A DNA stretch of 64,000 nucleotides from Eledone cirrhosa (taxonomy: Eukaryota), in the NCBI GenBank assembly GCA_964016885.1, contig OZ024742.1:148862001-148926000 (forward strand), written 5' to 3'. The stretch's first letter is position 1. Each line of letters starts with the position of its first letter. The position numbers were made by a program, and so were the translations under genes. The notes beneath the pieces are model-generated. The model saw only the letters and a program-made list of their open reading frames with translations, did not search any database and had not been told where the DNA came from. This document shows positions 25,801 through 38,400 of the stretch, in pieces.

Positions 25801-28800
25801 ATTGTAAAGCTGTTCAGCAAGGACCCTTACCTCAAAACTGGAAAGAAGATTAGATGGGGCCTACTCTCACATGCTAAGAGTGGCTTTGAATGTCTCTTCA
25901 AGAGATCATCTGATCATTGAGCAACGGTATGGGAATCTTCATCCAGTATCAGATATCATCAAAGATTCACAAGGCATTGCTGGAGAGCTAAAGACGAAAT
26001 TGTTAGTGAAGCTCTTTTATAAGAGCCTATACAAAGACGAGCTATGAGAGGACAACAAGCCAAGACCTATATCAAGCAGATTTGTGATGATATAAACTGC
26101 AATCCCTCTGACCTGCTAAACATGATGAACAATAAAACTGGATAGCAACAGAGAGTCAAGGGAATCTATGCAAGCAATGCAACCTATTGATTGATTTCTT
26201 TTTTGTTATGTTTTTGAAAATATTTTGTCAAAATACATCTCATTTTATATATATGAAAGTCAATGGAAAAATAGGTTTTGTGTTGTGGTAAGCACCACAC
26301 TTCTGTAATGCAGTAGAAGCCTGTTTTATCATCATCGTTTTTACATACACTTTTCCATACTAGCATGGGTTGAATGGGGTGTTTTGAGACAATGTTTTAC
26401 AGCTAGATGCCCTTCATGATGCCAACCCATTTAGTCACCTCTTACAGCATGTAAGGATATGGTGTATTATTCATCGTTTAATGTCTACCTTCCACGCTAG
26501 CATGGGTTAGACGGGAATTGTTCCACTTGAGGCAAGATTGGTTGGGTGACAGTGTCTCGCTCGTATAGGTCTGTCTGGCAGGTTTTCTACGGCTGGATGC
26601 CCTTCCTAACACCAACCACATTTACAGTGTATCTATCCTAAAAAATGGGGTACATAGATACATTCATCTAAAAATAATTTCCATCATAATTTTATATGTA
26701 GACTTTTAACTTATGTCTCAAACACCAGATAAATAATGAGAAATTTAGTCATAATACTAAATTTTGATTATCTTTAAAATTATTTGAAAATCGTAGGCAG
26801 CATCTTTTATTAAAAATATGATAATGCATTTAAACTGGCTATAACTGGCCAGAACTCTGTTACCTCTTTCTGTTCAAACTGGCTGCTCATACTGACATTA
26901 AGGTATTATTCTCAAAATAAATAACATCAAAATCTCATAGATTCGATAAAATGTAAAATAATTATGTAAGGTAAAGCTTTTACCATAAAAATACAATAGT
27001 ATATATAGAGTAATGTAAATATTAAAGGGTTTAATCATTAATTGGAAGTGCCATCTATTTTCAATTAGATTGACTTATTGAAATAATACTGTTTTGAAAT
27101 TAATATTTTTCTTATCATTGTAGCTCTTTTCAGATATTCTTGTACTCAACACTCATATCTTCCTTATCTGCATTTATTTTTGGTTTATTGGAAGTGATAG
27201 CATTCTTTGATAGTGAATCAGCCCATATGATTTCAGATCATGACAGTAAGTAGAACCTATCTAATTGTTACACCAGTTTAAGTAACAGTTATTCTGTTCT
27301 TTTTTTTTTTAATCTATACTTTATCCTTTTACTGGCTTTAGTCACTAGACAGTGATCATGCTGGGACACTGTTTGATAATATGATATGTGATGGATATTT
27401 CTCTATTGAAATATCTGCATACTATAAATTATTTGGCACATATATGGATTTGTTGAGTCTGATGGTTCTATCAACTCACTAGTTACATATAAGTAGAAAT
27501 ATAAGATGTCCACTCAGTCAGTCTGGGATGAATTTTAGTGTTTAGATAATATTCTAACCATGTCCATCTCATTTCTGTTGTAGTACATCATGTTCTAAGA
27601 TTAAAGACTTAAAATATACGGCTCCAATTTTTTAAAATAACAAGTTGTTGTTTAACCTCATGTCAGCCTTGATTCTACTGCTGACCATCCCATCTTTCTT
27701 TTTTCAGACATAGTATCCTATGTGTTCTTCATTTTTTAAGACAGTAGGGTATTGTTTGAGAGAGATTTGGCTGTTATTTCCAGCAATCAAGTGACCACTT
27801 AAAAATTCCCTCATTGGCATATGAAGAGAGTAAGTAGTTTATTGAGGTTAATTTGGCTGCTATATTGAACAGGTTAGGCAATTATGCTTGTTTTCTCCCT
27901 AGTTCAAGTTATTCCATTCCCTGAATAGAATAACTACTGAGTGTTGTTGTTGATTAGCCCCATGTCAACTATGATCAAAGGCATTCCAGCTGTGATCATT
28001 CCACCATTTCTATATTATAAGTACAGTGCAATTAGGATCATATTATCCAGTACCTTTCTTTTGATGACAGTAAGTTATGATTTGAGGGACATTCAGCTGC
28101 TGTTTCTAGTATGTTCAGCATCCACAATGAGACTCCCTTATTGCTTGGTGGCTCTATATATTAACTTTACTTACTCATACTACTTGTGTATGTCAATTCA
28201 AATCCTACTAAATGAGTAAATGGTACTTTATTTTTCAAAACTGTTGAATGTGTTGTTACATAGCAGTTCTGAATTCAAATGTTGGTATGAAGAAAACATA
28301 TAATGAGCTGTTGTGCCTATTTAGGAAAATAAATGTTTTTTAGCCATTAATATTCTAAAGCATGCAAAAGGAGTGGACAAACGAGCTTCTACCAGAATAA
28401 AAGATAACAATATTGCGAAGAGAAACCTCTTTAATAATTTTTGAGACAAGCCAGCACGCTTGCAGCATTATCTCGGGTGATGACAAGGCTGATGCTCTGG
28501 AACAACCAAGCTCCCTCACGAGCATCACCAGTTACCTCTGTTAGGCAAGTCGCCTGTGAAGATAAGAACCTCGCAGTCAGTAGCCCAACTCCCCCAAACG
28601 TCTCGAACGCCACAGGCTGGAAAATGTTGTTAGCCGACAGATCACGGTATTGGTTCTTTGTAAAAAGGGTTTCAAATTGAAAATGTGTATGAATGACAGA
28701 ACATTAATGATCTGAGAAGACTGTATTAGTGGAAACTTGTAATATATATGGAAAATGACAATTGGATATGAAACTGTGAAGTAATCCAAGTAGAAGGACC

Positions 28801-30241
28801 CTTTAGAAGAGGAGAACATGGAAATAAGTGGTGAAAACTGATCTCCAAAGGCTGACCCTTACAAAGGAGATAACAAATGACCTAACAAATGATGAGACAG
28901 TGTGCTATGGAAGACAAGTCCAATTAATGCAAGCTTCAAAAAACAGACATAAAATGATGGTGGTGATAATAATGACATTTAAGAAAACTAGAGAACTTCT
29001 GTGTAGTTGCTTGACTTGTTGAAAGTAACAGCTAAGCCTCACACAAATCACAACATATGGTTTTCAAAAAAGAAGGATAATGTAGTCTTAGGTAAACTAT
29101 CAAAAAATGGTAGAATGGTCATGGCTGGAACTGCTTTGGTTGAAGATACTTTAAAAATTGAAAATAGAAGAAATTTATTCCAGCCATACTAACACAGAAA
29201 AATTAATATAACTCAACCAAAAGAAAATGTTCCTTTGGCAATTCTAAAGTCCTTTAATTCAATTCTTTTATATCTCCCTTTTAGACCTGCGAGTTTTTGG
29301 TTTGGTGGTACCTGCTGCATACTGGCTTTCTACAGTCTTTTTGGCAGTTGTCTTGAATTTACTTTTTACTGCTGAAATGGTATTAATGATTTCATATCGC
29401 GCATATTTGGGTAAGTTATTTTCTACATAACAAATACTCCAGCATAAATTTTTCTGCAAACGTTTTTCATCAATCATATAACATACTGCAGTGTATTCAT
29501 TCTTAATGTGTGTGCATGAGTGTGCATGCACACACACACACATTTTCAAATTCCAAACACTCCCTGTGCTTTGCTACTTCATAAGATTTGTTATTTAATG
29601 CTATTTTTTTATGTTTGAATTAAACAATACAATTTATCCCTAAATTCCCTCTTTCTTTGCCCAACCATGCCAGTATGGAAAGCTAGGCTTGCCCCATAAT
29701 ACTGCCCAGACACCATTCATTTCCCCTAAGGCCACCCTTACATCCATGGGCTGATAATAGACAGACTAAACTCTGCTCTCACACCCACTCCCTATCACAA
29801 TCCTTCCCAGCCCATACACTTGATCACATAACACCAATGAAACCAGGAGATGCTTGAGGCTGATGAGCTGATGAGATTCTAAGCTCAAGAAAGACTAACT
29901 TTTAATATAATATGACAAGCCAGAAAAATAGTTAAAATAGGTCACTACTGTACTTTCCTTGTAGAAGACACTTATCCAAGGCATTACACATCTATGGTCA
30001 TACACACACTTCTGGATTAAAATATTTTTTGCTATGAATATAATCTTACCGATTGCCTATAAACTCTCTAATATTCCTGTCCAGTAGACCAAAGCCTAAG
30101 CATCTTAGCCAGTTTATTATTCCTATTATAAGTTAACAGTTTTAAATATCATTAAATAAATTAAACATACTGTTCTTTCTATGATCTTTAGATTACAAAA
30201 GGAAGAAAAGAAAGAAAGAAATTGAAACTGTTAGTGATTAA
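17576..30241 (+). CDS. ZDHHC11: DHHC palmitoyltransferase, ZDHHC1/11-like; join(17576..17776,20575..20714,23437..23538,27124..27245,29285..29410,30192..30241), 246 aa
   Basis: Phase-consistent GT-AG exons; N-terminal RKNGFHSP (compare RxNGWSxP of ZDHHC1/11); four TM segments; complete CRD CDKC-x9[24 protein letters not shown]. Last exon and exact orthology are less certain. Confidence 0.85.
18143..18480 (+). mobile_element. tRNA-derived SINE (composite)
   Basis: A-box TGGCTTAGTGG, B-box GAGTTCAATTC, body GTGTCCTTGAGCAAGACAC, (GAT)n tail. Confidence 0.8.
18647..18812. repeat. ~80-bp-arm hairpin with 4-nt loop, TA-flanked
   Basis: Centre TTAACAC-TGTT-GTGTTAA at 18721-18738; arms are imperfectly complementary. 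Confidence 0.85.
18850..19345 (-). mobile_element. Penelope-like RT thumb relic
   Basis: Minus strand reads [36 protein letters not shown]. Confidence 0.65.
19535..19710 (-). mobile_element. SINE copy
   Basis: Family core. Confidence 0.85.
20575..20714 (+). CDS. ZDHHC coding exon 2
   Basis: U12-like branch site TTTTCTTAAC ~9 nt before the AG; TM2, IDP, YCDKC; donor GTAAGT. Confidence 0.88.
21381..21500 (-). mobile_element. 5'-truncated SINE with TSD AGACTAAATAAT
   Basis: Duplication at 21369-21380 and 21501-21512. Confidence 0.8.
21630..21835 (+). mobile_element. SINE copy
   Basis: Family core. Confidence 0.8.
23437..23538 (+). CDS. ZDHHC coding exon 3 (DHHC motif)
   Basis: [33 protein letters not shown]; TTGCAG acceptor and GTAAGT donor. 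Confidence 0.95.
24030..24240 (-). mobile_element. CR1-like LINE 3' tail, partly duplicated
   Basis: AATAATGAAATTATTGTGTACAGTGCTCAGGTGCAC, also at 58945 and in part at 61360. Confidence 0.6.
24680..25140 (-). mobile_element. RTE-like LINE 3' fragment
   Basis: Same family as 12180-12530, reverse strand. Confidence 0.65.
25380..26185 (+). mobile_element. Degenerate RTE LINE 3' region
   Basis: [11 protein letters not shown]; VEEFTYLGS; [20 protein letters not shown]. Confidence 0.7.
27124..27245 (+). CDS. ZDHHC coding exon 4 (TM3)
   Basis: [28 protein letters not shown]; phase-consistent. Confidence 0.85.
28431..28680 (-). mobile_element. CRE-like non-LTR 3' fragment
   Basis: [29 protein letters not shown]. 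Confidence 0.7.
29285..29410 (+). CDS. ZDHHC coding exon 5 (TM4)
   Basis: [41 protein letters not shown]; CTTTTAG acceptor and GTAAGT donor. Confidence 0.82.
30192..30241 (+). CDS. ZDHHC putative terminal exon
   Basis: Pyrimidine-rich acceptor TTTAG; phase 1; [16 protein letters not shown]; AATAAA downstream. Confidence 0.55.
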
Positions 30242-30635
30242 TGTAATCATATGAAAAACACCAAACTTTCCCTTAAAAAATGACTTTTAAAAATCTCAGA
30301 CTTTACAATCACTAAAAAGGAAACTGATTTTCACTAAAAGAATTGACAAACACAAAAAATAAAAAAAAAAGGAAATATAATAAATATGTCACAATTGAAA
30401 TATACCCCCTTGCCCCACCATTATCTCATGATGTGACCCACAGTCCATACAGAACCTTGCTTCAACTTATATTCATTGTTTTGAAGAGATGCAATTTTTT
30501 TTTTTTTTGTTTATGTAAATAATTTTCTGCTACAATTCTTTCTAAATAAAATTTACCTTTTCAAAGTTTTATTTACATTATGATTTTAGATATTAGATTT
30601 AAGCTATAAACAAACAATTGTATTTTTACAATTTT

Positions 30636-30811
30636 GATTATATGTTAGCTTAAAATTAACTGCAACAAAGTAGGTTTTTGACTATGAAAATTAGTCAAAC
30701 AAACAGGGCATATAAGCAGCTACTGTCTATTTTTCTCCCGTTGCTAAGGTCTTATATTTTCATAGTCAAAAACTTACATTGAAGCAGTTAACTTTGAGCT
30801 AACATACAATC
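30636..30811. mobile_element. MITE-like element with ~55-bp imperfect TIRs
   Basis: TATGTTAGCT..TTAACTGC..TTTTTGACTATGAAAAT is inverted at 30755-30811. Confidence 0.65.
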
Positions 30812-31289
30812 TATTCAACTAATCACTAGGGTAATTTTTAACCTTATTTCCATACTTTTTTACCTTATTTTTTAACTTTATTGACAGATTTTAACCTCCT
30901 TTTAACCTTATTAATAATAAATCCATAGAAATTTGGAAGTTCGCTTTAGTTTTGATTACTTTGTGATATATTATCAAAAAAAAATTTTTTAATAACTATT
31001 TTCGTTAATTAATTCTCCAGAATATAGTGTAAAATGTTACTTGAGCATGAAAATTTCTAGATTCTTAAAACCAAACCCTACTAAAACGTTTCACAGCACT
31101 ACTCCTAGCATATGCCCTTAGACCTCCTTTTACAGTGTAGTGCATCCATGGACACCAATTCTCACCTGCCTTCTCCCACCAGCTCATCTTACCATATCGA
31201 CGTGGAGTTCAGAGGGTTTGTACACCTCCACCCCACCCCACATGCACTTTGCCACTATAGTATATACATATTAACCGGAAACGTCATTT

Positions 31290-32290
31290 AGGGTTCAAAA
31301 GAGTTAGGGTTGTGGCTACTGCTGACACTGGTATGGGGAATGACTACATACATTTGTATGACAAACAATACAATACTAAATATGAAAGAATCTGATGCAT
31401 ATAAATCCCCTGAGTATCACCAAACAGTTGGGCAGCCTTCCTACCCCACAAACCCAGCAAAAGAGAAAGGCAGCCATGTGCACGGGACCTTAGATTTGCC
31501 ACATTGAATGTCAGAACAATGAGAGGTAAGTGCAGTGAGATTGTGAAGATGTTAGAAAGGAGAGGAGTAGATGTGTGCTGTGTGCAAGAAGTGAAGTGTG
31601 TGTGTGTGTGGGGGGGGGGGGGTCATCCAGATTCATCACAGGCAAGGAACACTGGTACAATTTCTTCTGAGTGGGTGGAGTAGGAATGCTCCTCACTGAG
31701 AGATGGGTAGACTAGGTATTTGAGGTAGTCAGAGTGAATGATAGAATAATTAAACTTAGACTAGCCTTAGGCAATATTACAGCCACTATATTATCTACAT
31801 ATGCCCCACAAACTGGACTTGCTGATGAACAAAGAGAAACTTTCTATGAGGCCCTTCTACAGATGATCGCAGCTAGTGATTTCAAAGGACATGTTGGGAA
31901 ACATCAGGATAGATTCCCTGGCATACGCGGAGGCTACAGATATAGCACAAGAAACAAGGAGGGAACTAGGCTTCTGGAGTTCTGTGATGCTCTTAACTTA
32001 ATGATCTGTAACACAAACTTCAAGAAACCAGACCAGACCATTACCTGATTACCTACCAATCAGTAGGACATAAAAGCCAAATAGACTTCATCCATGCCAG
32101 GAAACAAGATAAGCAAATCCTTTCCTATAAACGAATGTACCCACCAACGTAGATTAATTCTCAGTGATTTAAGAGTAAGGATTAGATGGACCAATAAACA
32201 AAAGCCAGTCCATAGAAGGAAAACTTGGAAGCTGAGAGAACCCTCAGTAGGTTACAAATTTAGAGAAACCTTTCTTGACACCTATGATAA
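31290..32290 (+). mobile_element. RTE-like LINE 5' part (AP endonuclease), degenerate
   Basis: LRFATLNVRTM; DVCCVQE; NDRIIKLRL; STYAPQ; RNKEGTRLLEFC..LMICNTNFKK. Confidence 0.8.
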
Positions 32291-32418
32291 TTGTAGCACT
32301 AACTTTATACCAACCTCATCCTATGGACTAAGTGCTCTACTTACTACAGATATAACCTCCTGGTGTTCTACCTCTACTTCTCTCTCTCTATATATATATC
32401 TATCTATATATATATATA

Positions 32419-33357
32419 TCATTATCTATAAAAGGCAGATTGTTGTTGTGTGTGTGCATGTTCCATGTTTATACATTTGTACAATTTCAAACCGATTCGA
32501 CTCAATGTCTGTAAGAATGTTGTAAATGGTCTAACTTAGGTCAATGACTATTTATTTATTTCGAACTCACCCACAATTACAGAAATAATCGATAAAACTA
32601 AATACATGACGCTTTACCCTCTAATACAATCTGATTTCCTCTCTCTACTCCCCTTAAAATTCGATAAAACTACATACATGCTGCAACTTTCTCTTATATA
32701 CGCTTAAACTTACAAACTTCCTTTAGGAACACCGAAGAAAGAAGAGAGAGAGGAGAGAGAGAGAACGTTTGTTTTTGAGTGTGGAACGGTCAAACATTTA
32801 TTTACTTCAATGACAAAGAGAACTTATTACATTTCATACGAAACAACGATTATTCAAAAGCAACAGATATATTTATTCAACAACAAAAAAAATAGCAATG
32901 AATCTTTTTTAAAACATCTCTCAATGAACGTGGAAGAAAGAAGTATCAGTTTATTTACTATACACAATAATATCCTCTATGAGGTCACTAAACCTGCTAG
33001 AAACACCAGCTAACTCTCCCCCATATCACACCTCTCCCTACTGTCTTAAATTTAGAAAACACATTAGACAACCATTCAGAACAACTCCATCGCAGCTCTG
33101 TTGTTCGGCTGGCATCGTCTACGCGCGTATTGCGCAAGTACTGTGAAACAATAAATTTCAACACTTATTTGCACAGAGATAATATCCATAGGCGAAACTA
33201 CAATTGTCACTGCTGGAGCAGCTCCTGCTTCGGCAGTCCAGGTCTGCAATTCATTCACCCAGTGCCTGGTAGACAAAAAGGTGCTGCCATAAAATGGGTG
33301 GTGCAACCTAACTTTGGTAACTTACTGACCTTGAGCAACGCCGGGCTTTAATGCTAG
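32419..33357 (+). mobile_element. Non-autonomous Helitron-like element
   Basis: 5' TC in a TA context; 3' hairpin CCTTGAGCAACGCCGGG followed by CTAG|T. Confidence 0.6.
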
Positions 33358-35405
33358 TATATATATATATACATATCATTATCTGAGTGTGAATTATAAT
33401 TATGAAAAAATGAGCCCTCTAGATATTTTATATTATTCAATATACATGCCAACTAAGCATATGCTTTTCTTGGAACCCAGTGTTTCATGGTGGTATCCGA
33501 TTAATCTAGTGTGCACCATCAATCTTCAGTCTTTGCGAATATATATATACGCTATTGGAGTCTTGCTTACATCCGGTACTGAATTACAATATTTTGGAAA
33601 AGTACTTTTGAAAAAAATATCCTTTCGATCTAGGGGAGGCAACTCTTGTGTGAAAACATTTTTTAAAACTTTGTTTCTTTTTGTCTGACGTGGTACATAG
33701 GCCAAAGAAAATTCTCACACAATATATTGTTGAATCCCCTCACCGCACCCAGCTAGTGCTAGTGTTGTAGTTGATATTTGGTGGATGCGGGGTGGGACGC
33801 TCATGGTGTATCGTAAAATTATAATGTATGCAATCAAAATGGTCACTGACAGACTTACTCAGCGATGAATTTTTTGACACCAAGAAATTATCGATAAATG
33901 TAAAGTGAATTTAACATTTTTTTGGTGTTTTTGAATGCCTAAAATGATTCTTTTACAATGGCAACCATCATGATCATTTTATATGTTTACCATGCTAGCA
34001 TAAATATAATACTGTATAATCAACAAGAATATATATATTTTAATGCAAAACTCAAGGCTACAAGTTCCCCACACCTTATGAGAGCTCTTCATAACATGTG
34101 GATGGATCCATAACTCTGGGTGGAGTCATTGAGACACTGTCCTGACACACAGTGCTTCTTGAGCAATTTAAAGCCCATCCCTCTCCAGGTTAGAACACCG
34201 CCGATTTCTTCCAGGGAATGAGAGAGTGATAGGGAGGAAGTGAGAAAGACATAAAGCAGAAGAATCAATCTCAGTACTTGACTAATTTTTTTAACTAAGC
34301 TAAAGACATGACAACTTACCTAATGTTGGTGCCATGATAAAATGCCTTCAGATCATGTCGGGCTCCCAGTCCACCTGGAGGTCTGAGACCCCACTTGAGT
34401 GATGACCTTTGCTAGCAGGGAAAATTTATGTTAAATAATGATGATGACGATGATTATGATAATGAGACATGCTTTCACACTTGTTATGTACATGTTTGTG
34501 TACATAGTTGTGAGACAACTGCAGTGGAGAAGACTTTTGTTAAGTGCAATGTGGAGCTGGGTGCAAACTTGTAAATTTTCTCTACAGATGTATTATTTAC
34601 AGTCATTGTAGTTAGGAGGATCTTGCAAAAACTGGTAGAGATCGTTTGGAAAAGACTAGAAGAACTGACTGCAATTTAAGTAGAAAGATTTGTGGGCTGT
34701 GGAAGACTTGAAGGTGTCTCTTATTTTATGGATGGCAATCTTGCATGAGTTACAGTAACTGGTAAAAGTCACCTAGTTGATAGAGGTAAGTGATTTCTTT
34801 CCAAGCATTATAAGTAGAGTTCTTCACCTACACTGCTGCTAACTTTGAACCTTTGGGGTGATGCAGTTTGATCATGTGAAGAACATGGAGGGACAGACCT
34901 TACATATAGTCATATATTAAGATAATCAAATTAAAGTATATCAACTTGAGTGAATCAAATTTGCAGAAAAATAAGAATTAATATTAAAATTTTCCAGTAA
35001 TTTACATATCTTAATGAAAATCCATATAGTGTCAAAATTTATTTCAAATATTGAATGTAAAAAATACATTTAGAACTACTTAACTACACATAAGGAAAAC
35101 CAGATATACTTTGCAAAAGAGAATATTGCGCTGGTAGAGCTATGTGATGCATATGGAAGATGATCATTGGGTGAAGAAGTGGGAGGAAATAGTAGGAGAG
35201 GAAAACCAAAGAAAACATAGGCAGAAGTGGTGAGAGCTGATCTCACAATGCTGAACCTCAGAGGAAATGACAAAGAAACATAACAGGTGGAAGAAAGCTG
35301 TGCTGGAAAAAACTTATCCAATCCATGTAAGTATGGAAAGATGTCTATAAAAATGATGACGGCAACAACAATGAACAATAACACATATAAATACAAAAAA
35401 TAACT

Positions 35406-38400
35406 TTATCTGACTTTATACAAATATTTGATACAATAAATTAAAGCAGCAAATTTATCATAGTTCTTAAAATGAGATCTCCACATAAATTCTATTAAGA
35501 AAGACTGAAATAAATCATTATCAATTAATCCAGATTTTTTACACAATTTTCTTTTGAGTCTCAACCACATCTTGTCAATATTTCTGGTGTGTATTTCTGA
35601 ATCACCTGGATCATCATAACTTATATATTCATGAGTATATATTCCTTGTTCGATCTGGTCAATCTGAAGACAATCTGCCCATATGTCAGACACAATATGA
35701 GTACCTATAATAAAAATAAGGATTTTTACAGTCATAAATATTTTTCCATGAGTGAAAGTAGACGCATGAAAACTGGATGGCTTATTCATTTCCCTGTGAA
35801 CCACTATACCCAGATAACTAAACCAACAATGAAAACAGACATCTAAGTACTGTTTTTCCCAGTGTTGAAAACACAGTAATTTTTATTTTAACCCTTTAGC
35901 ATTTACATTACTATATATTTACTATTATATTTTCATAATTATTTCACATAATATTGAATCTGAGATTTTGATATTATTTAATTTGAGAACAGTACCTTAA
36001 CATGAGTGTGAGTGGCCAGTTACAATGAGTTTGAACAGAAAGAGGTAGGAAAATTCTGGGCGAATACAGTTGGTTTAAATACTAAAGAGTTAAACTTTAG
36101 AAAAAGTAAAAGAAAACAAAATCTCAGTAATTTGACATACTTTACGATTATGTTTTGTTAGTGGCTTAGTGACTTATAGATTATACTGATTACTTGGAGT
36201 TTATATTTTTCCTTTTACTCTTACTAGATAACATTTTTTAACACAATTCAATTTTACTTCTTTTGTCACTTGATAATTCCCCCTTTAACTCTTTTGATAC
36301 CAATCCAGTGAAAACTGACTGTGATGCTATGAAACAAAACCACTTATTGTAAAGGTTTCCTATTCAAATTAAAATTGTTCAACTTAATTTTATATAAGAG
36401 TCATATGCTAAGTTACTATCTTAGTGATGAAATATCTAATAATTTTAGAAAATCCCTCAAAATTCTGGATAAATTAATTGAAATAAAGTGTATTTTATTA
36501 GAAATACAGTGATGAAAGGGTGAAGTGAGGGTTGTTTAAGAAGTGTGAAATGTTTGTAAAATTGATAAACATGTAAATTACTACTAATACATTGGCTCAT
36601 CTACTGTTGTCTGACAATAAGGGAATTTTTAAACTTATATTTACTGCTTGTCAAGGGAGGGGGGGGGGGGTGAGAGCAAGTGTTTGGGTTGTGAAGGTGT
36701 CCATGAAGAGAAGGAAAGTGACTAGCAATTCATGAGGTGAGGAGGTTCATGAGATGGATATATATATACAGATCTGAGATGCCCTATTTTACATGTGGCA
36801 GCTATCCCCTAATCATATGAGTGATGAGTAGAGAGAATGGAAATGATTCTGATGGTAGAGGAGTGGGAGTCAATGATGTGAGGTAGGCTAAGGTGGGTGA
36901 TAAACTGCTCAGCCTGTCAACTACTTCCAGGGAACTATTTGAGCATTTGATAGAGCTTGTTTCATGTGAGCTCTTACTGCTCCTGTGCATCTGCCACATA
37001 CAAAGCCTAGTCTTTGTTAGCCTGCCTGAGATCCTAACTACATCTCTTGTGTACCCATAATTTATATTTGGCACATAATATGGAACTGCTACCATTCCTT
37101 TACTGTATACTGAGCTGACTAGGACTTTAGTCTTCACCAAGTCGACTTTGAGGCCTTTCAATTCCAGGTTTTGCTTCCACATCCGAAATTTCTTCACTAA
37201 TTCAGCAACAGATTCAACTATGAGGGCTACATCGTCAGCATATAGGAGTTACCATGGGCAACCAGTCATAAACTCTTCTGTTATGGCCTAAAGGACAATA
37301 CTAAACAGAAGACAGAGCTCTGGTAGATCGTCATCTGCAAGCTATATGTCTCACCATACTCAACGTTAACTCTAAACCTTGCCATTCCTCTACCTCTAAT
37401 TTCCATTTGGAATGGAGGACCATGCCAAATGGTTTCTCCAGATCAATGAATGCTTGGTAGTGGAGCTTATTCTTAGCTAAGTACTTCTTTTGCAGCTGTT
37501 TCAGAAGAGGGCACCAGTGGTACTTTTACCAGGCACAAAGCCGAACTGCATCTCATCTAGGTTAATTAGTTATGCTATAACTCTTTCAGTAACTTTCATG
37601 ACCTGGTCCATCAAATTGATGCCTCTATAGTTTCTTCTGTCCAGTGCATTTCATTTGCCATTGTAGCAGTTGATGCAGCTGTTGCTATGCTATACATGAA
37701 AATAAAGAAACAAATACATTTGCTAATAGATCTCAAGTTAAATTGAATTGTTGGTTATCCTGCACTTCTCAGTCTGAAAAAGAATCCTCCTGAGGAACTG
37801 CTTCGCTCTCCCCAAATTACTCATGCTACGCGGTATGCCTTGCCACCTTCTAGCAGACTGCCTCATTGAATTCAATGCTACCATCTGATGCTGTGCTGAA
37901 TTCATCTGCAATGTTTGCTTTGATAGTGCCAGCTGGCAACAGGCAAAACTCTCTATGAGATTTGGCAGGCAGTCTCAGCCTCTGATTCACTCAAGACTTG
38001 GCACTGCCAGCCTACCTCTCCTCAATCTCCTTGAGCCGCACCCTCGTCATTGAGATCTTCTGCAAGATGACAGAACTTGACATAACCTGGGAGTTGAAGT
38101 TAGCTCTGGCTGATTGGACCGACGAAGGCCTTGCCATCCTCCAGTTTACTGATGTCCAATGTAACTGGGACGGCATGAAGTGCAAGTCCACCTTCAGGCA
38201 GATTGAGTCTTCCTTGGACCAACAGTTTCGTCTGCCTCCGCTCCACCTTGCAACCAAACAGTGGTGCTTGGCTCAATTCAGTGCCTTCCTCATCAACAAA
38301 TACCCTCCTTAATGATAAGTGCAATCGCATTGGAGTGGCATAGCACCTCAGCCTCTGCATGTGTGAGCCATAGAAATGCTGAGGAGGGGAAGATAGTTAA

